From contig CAZLWA010000043.1 in assembly GCA_964563165.1 (NCBI GenBank), forward strand, positions 9,372 to 73,371: 64,000 nt of DNA, written 5' to 3'. Origin of the DNA: an uncultured Bacteroidota bacterium (lineage in GTDB: Bacteria; CLD3; SB21). Within the stretch, counting starts at the first letter, position 1. The number at the start of each line of letters is the position of its first letter. Shown in pieces: positions 17,833 through 26,936 of this stretch. Under the pieces are notes generated by a model. The model ran no database searches. It saw only the letters and a list, made by a program, of their open reading frames with translations, and was not told the DNA's origin. The translations under genes were made by a program, and so were the position numbers.

Positions 17833-19398
17833 CTATTTCAACGCTTTGCTCAAAGCGTCATAAACTTCTTTGGAAGCTTTTTTACTCAAATTCTGAATGG
17901 CAATGATCCCGGCTTTTTCCTTCGCGCCGATCGAGATCCCTTTTTCCCTCTGAATGTCGCTGTTGGCGATGGTCTTTGAATTGTCGAGATCGATACAGCG
18001 GATCGAACAGTCCGCCCAGGCCGATACGCGATTTCCGCTGCCGCCGCCGTATGGATTATCGGAGCCGCCGACCGATTCCATCGCTTTCACCGTTCCGATG
18101 ATCAGCACATCGGCGACCGACTTTAACGCGCTCGAAACCGCATCGTCATTATTGGTTTCGGCAGAAGATTGCGCCTGCTGTTTACTCACGGCCTTGAAAA
18201 CTTCACTTTTATCAATCACCTTGAATTTGTTGGAGACCAGCAGCTTAACGATATCGCCTTCGACGATGGAGTTCGGCTGATCTTTTTCCATATTCGATTC
18301 AAATATCAAAATGACGATCTTGGTGATCGCCGAACCCTTCGCGGTAAACGTAAAGTCTTTGAAGACGAGTTTTGCCTTCTGAACCGCGCCGGGAAGATGG
18401 TTTTTGAACGGTTCAAATTCCAATGCGTTCAATCCTACGCGAATTTTATTCTGTCCGCTCGGATTCACAGTTTCTACGGAATGGATGGTAAATTTCGCAA
18501 CCCCGTCGCCGCCGGTCTGCGCTTCCGCGTCGGCCGTTACTACGGTCGGCGTAACGGAAGAACAAACCAGATTCGCGTTTTTTACCGGCTGCACATTGCC
18601 GTTGTCGTCATACACTAATTTAGCTGACAGCGGTTCTCCCAACGGTTCGCCCTTGGTGCCTTTTTGACCGTCACCGCCGGCAATCTCCACGCGCATTTTT
18701 CCGAGCAGATTTTTCAGCTGCGTATCGAATGTTGCCCTGACGGATACGGTTTTGCCCGTGCCTTCGATATCGCCCTCGATCGGTTCTTTATTGATCAATT
18801 CCGCGACTACGACCTCTTTGGCGCCCGAAAAATACTGATCCAACGCGATATAAAAATTTCCGTTTGCTTCCGCCGCGTGCGCCGCCTGGTAATAGGTTTT
18901 GGCGATGTTAAGCGCTTTCTTCAGCCGTTCGGCAAACTGGCGATTGACTTCTTCGATGGAAATTTCACAATACGCGTAGTGTTTTTTGTCTTTTTTCTCG
19001 TCGCGGTAAAATTCCACTTTCATATTCTTCAGCGTTTCATTTGAAAAAGCCTCCGATACGGAACTGAAACTTTCACTGACATCACTGACGCCGTTCTTGG
19101 TGCTTTCTTCTGAAACGTTTTTGATTTTGCTGGTAATCTCGGACCGGATAGCGCGAATCACCATGGCGCGGGCCTCTCCTTCGGATTTTTGCGCATCGGC
19201 GGATTGGTCTTTGGTCAGCGGAATCGCGCCCAGGCCCTGATAATAACCATCGCGCTTCGGCATATTGGGAAGGCTTTTTTTCCAATCCACGCTGCCGCCC
19301 GATTGTTTCGTCTTGTTCTTTTGCGCGAAAATATGTCCTTGCGGGAGGATCACAAGTATGGTCATACATACTACCGTGGCAAAAAGTAATTTTTTCAT
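17833..19398 (-). CDS. Exported multidomain protein: LPP20-like + Ig-like + CsgG/FlgT-middle-like alpha/beta domain
   Basis: Signal peptide IFA|QKN; YYQGLG..EARAMVIRAIRSEITS (LPP20-like); GGDGQKG..PLSAKLV..QPVKNA..TGGDGVAKF (Big-1-like); KFKVIDKS..ADVLIIGTV..IRCIDLDNSKTIA (CsgG/TolB-N-like). Confidence 0.7.
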   Translation of the reverse strand: MKKLLFATVVCMTILVILPQGHIFAQKNKTKQSGGSVDWKKSLPNMPKRDGYYQGLGAIPLTKDQSADAQKSEGEARAMVIRAIRSEITSKIKNVSEESTKNGVSDVSESFSSVSEAFSNETLKNMKVEFYRDEKKDKKHYAYCEISIEEVNRQFAERLKKALNIAKTYYQAAHAAEANGNFYIALDQYFSGAKEVVVAELINKEPIEGDIEGTGKTVSVRATFDTQLKNLLGKMRVEIAGGDGQKGTKGEPLGEPLSAKLVYDDNGNVQPVKNANLVCSSVTPTVVTADAEAQTGGDGVAKFTIHSVETVNPSGQNKIRVGLNALEFEPFKNHLPGAVQKAKLVFKDFTFTAKGSAITKIVILIFESNMEKDQPNSIVEGDIVKLLVSNKFKVIDKSEVFKAVSKQQAQSSAETNNDDAVSSALKSVADVLIIGTVKAMESVGGSDNPYGGGSGNRVSAWADCSIRCIDLDNSKTIANSDIQREKGISIGAKEKAGIIAIQNLSKKASKEVYDALSKALK

Positions 19399-19434
19399 CG
19401 CGATATTCCTCTTTTTTATTTTAGAATTTTGAAA

Positions 19435-20949
19435 TTAATTTGAATCTAATTTGTCCAGAGCGGCATTAAGCTTGTCCAGAGCCGCTTTGGCTTTTTCGCG
19501 TCCTGTAGCGAGAATTTGCTGCGCGCCGGTTTCATCTTTTTCAGCGGGCAACTCAATGATCTGCGAAGCTTTCTTTTTGAGCTTGGCTATCATACCCCCG
19601 GTATACAGCCGTCCCAGCGAGTAGTACGTGTCCTTTCCTTCCGCGGAAGTCTTCGTAAAGGTCGCTACGATTTGCGATCCTTCCAGGCTTACGTCCGTCG
19701 CTTCTTTGGTCATCTGGCTCAAATAGTCATTCTTCGGCCGACCGTCCAGGGCGTCGCTGTTTTCCTGCATCCACGCGGAGGTCACGGATTCGATCTGCAC
19801 CGAAACCGTTTTGGCTAATTTGGTTCGCGCCGCACCGCGCGCTTTTTCGAGACCTTGAGTTTTGGAAAAATATTTTCCTTCGTCGATACCGACGGCGAAC
19901 ACAGCGCCCTTATCCTGCGGAATCTTTGAGATCCAGACCGGAAATCCGTTCTTAGATTTCAAATAATCCCGGTTGATCAACTTGCCCAATTTGTCCTTCA
20001 ACCCCTTGAGCGCTTTCGTGTCTTTGACCTTCGACTGTGCTTTTTCACTGATTTGACCGATCAGCTGGGAAAGCGACATGCGTGCCAGGGCGTAATGCCA
20101 TTTGGTCGTTCTGTCGTACCACGTTTCCACGATCTGCGACCCGCTCAGTGTGGCTTCGGAAACAGTATTGGACATTTCGTCCAGGAAGCTTCTTTCTAAT
20201 CCGTACGAGTCGCTGCCCTCGTTCGATTCATACCAGTCGGTCAGGACCGCGTTCACTTCCGTCTTCATCGTAGCGGCCATTTCTGCGCGCGACTTATCTT
20301 TGGCGGATTCGCGCCCATTCACATAAAAATAAAATTTTTCAGTAATGCCCAGGGCATACAGGGCGTCGTCTTCTTCCGGCAGAACGTTGATCCACACGGG
20401 TTTGTCTTTTCGAATGTACGATTTCGAATCGCCTAAATTTTTTAATGAAATCTCTAATTTTTCAATTTTCTTATTTTTTCCGTCCGGGCCTTTTTTCGCT
20501 TCTTCTATTATTTTCTTTTGTATCCCGGCGATCGCTCCGCTCAAAGGCATTTCGGCTAAGGCGTACGTCAATCCTTCGGGATCCACCCATCGTTCCAGGA
20601 TCTTTGCATTGCGGACGGATGCCGTGACATCGTCGTCGATACTTTTTTCAAGCTCAGACACAAAGCCGCTCTGCATCGTTCCCGACCATGACGCAGCAAT
20701 GGATTTGACGTTCACTTTGATCGTTTGCGCTAATTCCATCCGCGCGGCGCTGTCCGCCGCGGCTTCGCCGGCCTTCTTTTCAAAATAGCGATTGACCACG
20801 CCCACGGCGTAAATTTTTCCGTCCGCCATCGGCAATTCATTGGCCCACTTCGGCGCCGGTTTGTTTTGTGAAAAAAGAAGCCCGGAAAAACCGAAGAAAA
20901 AAACCATGACGAAATTCGGCAAGTTTCCCGTATGAAAAAAACCGGTCAT
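19435..20949 (-). CDS. Exported protein with three tandem LPP20-like domains
   Basis: Signal peptide LFS|QNK; three repeats starting PKWANELP..IYAVG, PVWINVLP..LYALG, PVWISKIP..VFAVG, each with A..AR.E/KLA..V and a downstream YAL/YSL strand; GAGGAG SD. Confidence 0.8.
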   Translation of the reverse strand: MTGFFHTGNLPNFVMVFFFGFSGLLFSQNKPAPKWANELPMADGKIYAVGVVNRYFEKKAGEAAADSAARMELAQTIKVNVKSIAASWSGTMQSGFVSELEKSIDDDVTASVRNAKILERWVDPEGLTYALAEMPLSGAIAGIQKKIIEEAKKGPDGKNKKIEKLEISLKNLGDSKSYIRKDKPVWINVLPEEDDALYALGITEKFYFYVNGRESAKDKSRAEMAATMKTEVNAVLTDWYESNEGSDSYGLERSFLDEMSNTVSEATLSGSQIVETWYDRTTKWHYALARMSLSQLIGQISEKAQSKVKDTKALKGLKDKLGKLINRDYLKSKNGFPVWISKIPQDKGAVFAVGIDEGKYFSKTQGLEKARGAARTKLAKTVSVQIESVTSAWMQENSDALDGRPKNDYLSQMTKEATDVSLEGSQIVATFTKTSAEGKDTYYSLGRLYTGGMIAKLKKKASQIIELPAEKDETGAQQILATGREKAKAALDKLNAALDKLDSN

Positions 20950-21103
20950 TCTCTCTCCTCGAGGGTCTGATTTGTGAATGAATCAAGGGACGGGACTGGC
21001 AGTAAATATCAAATTTTTCCAATCAAGAATCAAGATATAAGGCTCGCAGTAAAGGGCGTGGTGCATCCTATGCCCTGATATGAAAAACTATTCAACAACA
21101 AAA

Positions 21104-21679
21104 TTAGTTATCCGCGTTTGTTTTTTCCCATTTCGAGATGGCGCTGTCGAGGGCTTTGAGCGCTTCGTCCGCGCTGGCTTTGACGCCTTTGATCTTCTTT
21201 GCCGCGACGTCTTCCGTAACTTTTTTCTTAAATTCGTCAATGAGCGAATTCTTTTTCATTACAACTTTAGCGTAAATTTTAATGCGGTTGCCGTCAGCCT
21301 GGCCAAACGGCGGCCAATATTCTTCAATATGGGCTCCGCTTAACGTGACGTTGGTTACGCTTTGCGTGACTTCCTGAAAATATTCCTGCCGTGCGGTTTC
21401 GGAAACTTTTTCCGTCGAAGCTTCTTCCATAAAACTCGTCGTCAAACTTTTGATCTGGGTCTGAAGGGTCTCCGCAATGCGCTTGCGGCCGTCCAGATCG
21501 GCCTTGGCTTTGGCGCTGCGCTCATCCAGACCTTCTCCCAATCCCGCTACGACGATCGCATCTTCATAAATGCCGGACTTCGTAACCCATTTCGGAGCGC
21601 CCGCAGACGACTTTCCGCCGCTGCAGCCGACAAGATACCCCAGCGGCAGCAGTAATAATAAGTTCATAAATAATTTCAT
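21104..21679 (-). CDS. LPP20 family lipoprotein
   Basis: Lipobox LVGC; APKWV, AGLGEG, AKAKADLDGRKRIAETL, LSGAHIEEYW; paralogue of 21766-22446. Confidence 0.85.
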   Translation of the reverse strand: MKLFMNLLLLLPLGYLVGCSGGKSSAGAPKWVTKSGIYEDAIVVAGLGEGLDERSAKAKADLDGRKRIAETLQTQIKSLTTSFMEEASTEKVSETARQEYFQEVTQSVTNVTLSGAHIEEYWPPFGQADGNRIKIYAKVVMKKNSLIDEFKKKVTEDVAAKKIKGVKASADEALKALDSAISKWEKTNADN

Positions 21680-21706
21680 AATCCATCCTCTGCCTGAAGT
21701 TCATTT

Positions 21707-21746
21707 AAAAAAAATAACCGTAGTCCCTGATTTCGGGACTACGGTT
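21707..21746 (-). terminator. Intrinsic terminator after the first gene of the LPP20-CHAT cluster
   Basis: Perfect 12-bp stem AACCGTAGTCCC (21716-27) / GGGACTACGGTT (21735-46), 7-nt loop, followed on the minus strand by A then T8. Confidence 0.85.
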
Positions 21747-21765
21747 TCACATTTACCGGGATAAA

Positions 21766-22446
21766 CTAGTTATCATCTTTCTTCGTCTCATCCTTCATGT
21801 CGTCTCCGCCGCCTTCGGTGGATTCATCAAGCGCACCGTTATTCGATTTCTTTTCCCATGCGCCAATAGCTTTGTCCAGTGATTTCAATGCGTCGTCGGC
21901 GGACATTTTCACGCCTTTGATCTTATCTTCCACAATGGCTTTCTGCATTTCTTTCTTATACATGTCTACGACGTTGGATTTTTTCAAGATCATTTTGGCG
22001 TAAACATGATACTTGCCGTCTTTCCCTTTTTCCAAGGGTCTCAGCGGCCAATATTCTTCGGATTGCGATCCTTCGATGTATTTCTTGGTAATGGCTTGCG
22101 TGATGCTTGACATGTAGTCTTGCGCAGCGCCCGTCGAACCTTCTGCGGTTGTGGTATTGGCTTCTTCATTGAAGGCCGTGGTCATGTTTTTAATCTCGGT
22201 TCCGAGGACTTGCGCGATCTTAACGCGGCCGTCCAGTTCCGCTTTGGTGATGGCATTTTCTTCTTTAAAGCCGTCACCGCTGCCTGCAGCCACGATCACA
22301 TCCTCATACAGACCGGGTTTGTTGACCCACTCCGGCGGATCGTTTTTGCCTCTTTTTTTCTTTTTCGCCATGGCGTCATGATTAACCAACGCGATCGCCA
22401 ACAAGGCAATCATAGACAAGAAAAGGATTCTGCCTAACGTCTTCAT
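21766..22446 (-). CDS. Exported LPP20-like protein (no lipobox)
   Basis: Signal peptide ending AMA|KKKKRGK; PPEWV, AGSGDG, AITKAELDGRVKIAQVL, IEGSQSEEYW; acidic tail; AGGAG SD. Confidence 0.85.
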   Translation of the reverse strand: MKTLGRILFLSMIALLAIALVNHDAMAKKKKRGKNDPPEWVNKPGLYEDVIVAAGSGDGFKEENAITKAELDGRVKIAQVLGTEIKNMTTAFNEEANTTTAEGSTGAAQDYMSSITQAITKKYIEGSQSEEYWPLRPLEKGKDGKYHVYAKMILKKSNVVDMYKKEMQKAIVEDKIKGVKMSADDALKSLDKAIGAWEKKSNNGALDESTEGGGDDMKDETKKDDN

Positions 22447-22661
22447 ACCGTTCTCCTAGTTAGTGTTAAATAAATAGTGACCTGAGAGTTAGCTTAACTC
22501 TTTAATTGATTAGAAAATTTTGAGGCAAATGGATATTCCGAAAAGCTGTTAAATTTATTTAAGAATGCCTGTAAAGTCAAGTTCAAATTCGTGAATTCAT
22601 AGAACCGTCAAGCAGAATGAATATGCCGTAGGCGGGAAAGGTAAACGGGATTTGTCCGGAT

Positions 22662-23666
22662 TCAGGCCCGCCGCACAAAACCCATAACGAACGATTCTTC
22701 TTTTTTGCTTTTCAGAACTTTCTGTGTGTGATCCGCGTCTTCTTTGTCGACGATCAAGATCATTCCGACGCCTAAGTTAAACGTCTCAATCATATCGTCG
22801 TACGGAACATTGCCAAGGCGCTGGATCAACTCGAAAACGGGCGGGGTTTCCCACGAAGACCAATCCAGGTTTAGTTTAAGTCGTTTCGGGATCACGCGCA
22901 TCGTATTTTCGATAATGCCGCCGCCGGTGATGTGGGCAATGCCTTTGACGTCAATTTTTTCCATCACGGCAGAGACCGGCTTCAAATAGGACCTGTGGAT
23001 TCTCAGAAGTTCCTCGCCCACGGTGCTGCGTAATTCATCCACATAGGCGTCGAGTTTTAATTTTTCCAATAAGACTTTTCTCGCCAGTGAATACCCGTTG
23101 GTGTGGAGGCCGGAGGCATGGAGCCCGATCAGGACGTCGCCGTTTTTAATCCGCGATCCGGTTATCCGGTACTCTTTCTCGACGACTCCGACGATCGCGC
23201 CCGCCATATCGTATTCGCCGTCCGCATAAAATCCCGGCATCTGCGCCGTCTCGCCACCGATCAGGGCGCAGCCGTTATTTTTACAACCGCGCGTCAAGCC
23301 GGACATGATTTCAGGTATCACCCGGTTATCAATTTTCCCGGAACTGAAATAGTCCAGAAAGAAAAGAGGTTTCGCGCCGCAGGCGAGAATATCGTTGACG
23401 CAGTGATTGACCAGGTCTTCTCCGACGGTGTTGTGGATGTTCATCATCATCGCTATTTTCAATTTCGTTCCGACGCCGTCCATACTGGAGACCAGCACCG
23501 GCTTCTTAAAATCCTTTTTCGCCAACTCGTAGAATCCCCCGAATAAACCAATCTCCGAAAGCACATTTTTATTGTGCGTTTTCCGCACCATTTTCTTAAT
23601 TCGGTCTTTCACGGCATTGCTCCCGGCTATATCCACGCCGGAATCTTTGTAGGTCACAGGTCGCAA
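22662..23666 (-). CDS. purM: Phosphoribosylformylglycinamidine cyclo-ligase
   Basis: TYKDSGVDI, DGVGTKL, GGETAQMPG, HITGGG, FNLGVGM; start moved to TTG at 23666 behind a GAGGAG SD (ORF track starts at 23714). Confidence 0.97.
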   Translation of the reverse strand: MRPVTYKDSGVDIAGSNAVKDRIKKMVRKTHNKNVLSEIGLFGGFYELAKKDFKKPVLVSSMDGVGTKLKIAMMMNIHNTVGEDLVNHCVNDILACGAKPLFFLDYFSSGKIDNRVIPEIMSGLTRGCKNNGCALIGGETAQMPGFYADGEYDMAGAIVGVVEKEYRITGSRIKNGDVLIGLHASGLHTNGYSLARKVLLEKLKLDAYVDELRSTVGEELLRIHRSYLKPVSAVMEKIDVKGIAHITGGGIIENTMRVIPKRLKLNLDWSSWETPPVFELIQRLGNVPYDDMIETFNLGVGMILIVDKEDADHTQKVLKSKKEESFVMGFVRRA

Positions 23667-23697
23667 CGACTTCTCCTCACATTTGAATTCAACGAAA

Positions 23698-26600
23698 TTA
23701 TTTGGTGACCGCAATTTTAATGGTGCGGGAAATTTTCTTTCCGCTTATGCCGGTCGCATTGATTTTAGCGAAATAAACACCGCTCTGAATATGCTGCAAG
23801 TTCCAGCTCACCTCATTATCCGTCTGCGCTATGCCGCTTCCGGCGAGGGTTTTCACCAAATCGCCCGCCAGATCGTAAATATGGATTTTTACGGCGGCGG
23901 ATTCGGTCAAAAAATACCGGATCGTCGTGACGCCGCCGTGAGCCGGGTTGGGATAATTGTACGCACTGGATTTCGGAATCAAGTCGCCGCCCGCCGGCGT
24001 CAAAACATTTTTTTCTTTCGTTAAAGAGCTGTTCGACGCATCGTGCAAATATTTTTCCCATTTGATATGGGCGGCGTCATAAGCTGCGGAACCATTCCAC
24101 ACGTAAATAAACCCGTCTTCGCTCGTGGCGGCTATTTCCAGCATGCCATTCTTGTCTATGTCAAGCAAGGCCGGGGTCGAAAAAACCGGTTTTCCCGTTG
24201 CCAATGGAAATCCGGGTATGAGCTGCGCTGCCCTGTCATACGCATAAACGTTACCGTTCGGCGCTGCGACGATCAGGTCCTCTTTGCCGTCGCCGGTGAT
24301 GTCGCCGATCAAAACGGATGAAGAAATTTTTCCCACCGGATGAGCCGCATCGATGGTAATGGGAAAATTGGTAACCAACGTTCCATTGTGATTGTACGCA
24401 TAAATTTTATTATCGCCTCCGAAGACGATCTCTAGGTAGCCGTCGCCGTCAATATCGGCAAGGCTCGGGGAGGAGATTATATTTTCGATCAACGCGGCCG
24501 GAAAACCGGCGGGATGGGTTAGGTAAGCCGCGATTTGATTTTCCGATACGTTCACGGCCGTCCGTTGTCCGTTTTGTAAAATTTCGCCCGTTGCAAGCGC
24601 GGTTCTTTGTGAGGAAGAGAGTATTTCCAAAGACGAAAAAATGAAGGCAGTTAGGTTAAGGACACCGATCTGATTTTTGGTCTTGATCATGACCGAATCG
24701 CGATTCCAAAGCGAAAGGCTGAGAACTTCATCGGCCACATCTTTTGAATTGATTAAAGCTCCCGCTGAGTCCAATGCAGAAATTTTGCCGTTCTTATTTC
24801 CGAAGATGATCAGCCCGGATTCGGTGATGACGGGTGTGGTCGTGATAGCTGCGCCGGAATTATAAGTGAACAACGTGTCTGCGAGTCCGTCCAAATTCAG
24901 ATCCACGGCTTTCCACGCGTACAGAATTCCGTCATTCGAACCGGCGATCACGTCCAGTTTACCGTCATTATCCAGATCCGCCAATGCGGGCGACGTGAGA
25001 ATCGAATCCGTGGTCTGTGCAAATAATGCAGCCGGCAGCCGGGTCGAATCGCCGCCGAGCCCCTGAAAAACCTTGGAAAAATTATTTGAAATGACCTTTT
25101 CTCCGTCATGCTGCCACGCGTAGATCTTTCCGTCCTGACCGGCAGCCATCACTTCGTTCCTGGTATCCCCGAAAATGTCGCCGAAGGTCAGTGAATTGGT
25201 TCCGAATGCCGTTCCTGTAAATTGCGGAAAACCTTTATGACTCGTCGACGATCGTATATTGAAATTCATGACTGGCTGTATCGCACTTATTTGCGTAATA
25301 TTGACTCCGGAATTCGACCGGTCATTGGCCAAAGAATTTGGAACGGAAACCGGTGTGAAGAAAACAGAATCCGCGTTGGAATTATAAAATTTGAACCCTT
25401 CGTTGCCGTTATAAAAAAAGTCAAAACGGTCGCCCGATCCTACGGCGGTACCGAAAATATCCGAGACGCCGAACCCGATATCCTGTGCGCCGGAGCCTTC
25501 GACCAGCCGTACGCCGCGGCGGTGAATATCATTGTTAACCGCATTGGACGGTAAATTCTGAGCGATGATATTTTCATCGATATGCCAGATCAAGAGCCCC
25601 GAGCCGGGCAGCGCATTGTCGTACTCGTCGATCTTAGTGATCACTTTTGTATCCACGGAACGCTCTACGCCCGCGAAATAAACGGTGTCATAAAAAACAT
25701 TATTTTGGGAATCAAAGACCGTGTCAATGCGCAAAATAACTTCGCCTGAAAGATTATTAGGAACGACGTCGCGTTGTTTATTTTCAATCAAAAAATATTC
25801 TGACGCGTTGATCGGAACTTTCAGAATCGTGTTTTTCCCGGCAATTTTTTTCGGCAGTAAATTAAAATTAATTGAATCGTGTAGGATGACGGGATGGGCC
25901 CACCCCATAAAAATTTTTGTCCACGGATCGGGTTCCGCCGGAATCAGTCCGTCGCCGTTGACGGCCCCTTGATCTTCCAAACCGAACACGCCGATCGCCG
26001 GATGACCGTTGGCCGTATTGAAAAGATCCGGCATGCCGATCTGACTGCCGAAATTCGAAATCAGGATCCCTGCAAGCCCGACTTCTCTGAAGATATCCAC
26101 ACCCAAGATCGGATCGGTAAAAAACTGGCTTTCCGTTTCCGGGACCACGACGCCGTTCGGAATGAAAAAGGAATTCGCATTGACCGCGACTCCGGTAAAG
26201 CCGTCACCGTAGCGCTTTTGCAACAGTGCGGTTGAAACAAAGCGCGAAGACAGGTCATTCGGCGTATTATCCTGCAAACTGAAATCCTGTCCGACGCCGG
26301 CGTGAAAAATGACCACGTAATCGTATTGGGAGAAATCTATGGTATCCGTTTGGTCTGCTTTGGTTACGGCGTCGTTGAAAAATTCAGCCAGGCGGATATC
26401 GCGCGCGTCGGACGATCCCAGCACGCCGTAGTAGTTCATGAATTTATCCAGCGTGTAGGCGGCGGTGTCGGCGTCGGGTTTGACCGTAGCCGTGATCAGG
26501 AGGCTTGAATCCGATACGTCGAGAAAATAATTTTTCATCGCGAGCAGCTGGTCTTCAAAATAGCGTTTGGTATGGGGCGGTGGATCGATCGTCCGTTCGC

Positions 26601-26853
26601 TTTGTAAATTGCCGAGATCAAAATGACCATTGCCAGTCGTGCTCGCCTGGTCGGGGTTTTCCAACCTAAATCGCACGCGCAAGGCGAGGACCCTCGCAAT
26701 GGTCGGTACGCCCTGTGCGCCGGCCGCCTTCAGGTTAGCGCCATTTCTCTGCTGAATTTTTCCCAACGTTTTTTGCGGAGCGTGCTGTGCCTGAATGATT
26801 GGAAAGGGCGCAAGGTATAGAACAAAAGATAGAAACAAGGAAACGGTTTTCAT
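23698..26853 (-). CDS. Secreted M6/immune-inhibitor-A-like protein lacking HExxH, with FG-GAP/VCBS repeats and C-terminal sorting domain
   Basis: Signal peptide IQA|QH; VIFHAGVGQD, GMPDLF, PDPWTKIFMGW, EYFLIENKQ, GLLIWHIDE (M6-like); repeated DLDNDGKLD/DIDGDGYLE/DITGDGKED units; C-terminal YNYPNP..IYDLAG..SGVYF. Start set at ATG 26853 (26859 also possible). Confidence 0.8.
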   Translation of the reverse strand: MKTVSLFLSFVLYLAPFPIIQAQHAPQKTLGKIQQRNGANLKAAGAQGVPTIARVLALRVRFRLENPDQASTTGNGHFDLGNLQSERTIDPPPHTKRYFEDQLLAMKNYFLDVSDSSLLITATVKPDADTAAYTLDKFMNYYGVLGSSDARDIRLAEFFNDAVTKADQTDTIDFSQYDYVVIFHAGVGQDFSLQDNTPNDLSSRFVSTALLQKRYGDGFTGVAVNANSFFIPNGVVVPETESQFFTDPILGVDIFREVGLAGILISNFGSQIGMPDLFNTANGHPAIGVFGLEDQGAVNGDGLIPAEPDPWTKIFMGWAHPVILHDSINFNLLPKKIAGKNTILKVPINASEYFLIENKQRDVVPNNLSGEVILRIDTVFDSQNNVFYDTVYFAGVERSVDTKVITKIDEYDNALPGSGLLIWHIDENIIAQNLPSNAVNNDIHRRGVRLVEGSGAQDIGFGVSDIFGTAVGSGDRFDFFYNGNEGFKFYNSNADSVFFTPVSVPNSLANDRSNSGVNITQISAIQPVMNFNIRSSTSHKGFPQFTGTAFGTNSLTFGDIFGDTRNEVMAAGQDGKIYAWQHDGEKVISNNFSKVFQGLGGDSTRLPAALFAQTTDSILTSPALADLDNDGKLDVIAGSNDGILYAWKAVDLNLDGLADTLFTYNSGAAITTTPVITESGLIIFGNKNGKISALDSAGALINSKDVADEVLSLSLWNRDSVMIKTKNQIGVLNLTAFIFSSLEILSSSQRTALATGEILQNGQRTAVNVSENQIAAYLTHPAGFPAALIENIISSPSLADIDGDGYLEIVFGGDNKIYAYNHNGTLVTNFPITIDAAHPVGKISSSVLIGDITGDGKEDLIVAAPNGNVYAYDRAAQLIPGFPLATGKPVFSTPALLDIDKNGMLEIAATSEDGFIYVWNGSAAYDAAHIKWEKYLHDASNSSLTKEKNVLTPAGGDLIPKSSAYNYPNPAHGGVTTIRYFLTESAAVKIHIYDLAGDLVKTLAGSGIAQTDNEVSWNLQHIQSGVYFAKINATGISGKKISRTIKIAVTK

Positions 26854-26936
26854 GATCATTTTGTGTTGGATAAAAAAAAACCGAATCAACTCCGATGCTC
26901 ACGAATTGATCCGGTTGAGTCTTGAGAAAAAGGGCG

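Noticed and set aside
21053-21076. Hairpin after the 191-aa LPP20 lipoprotein as a terminator
   Set aside because: Only a 7-bp stem with a mismatch and no U-tract.
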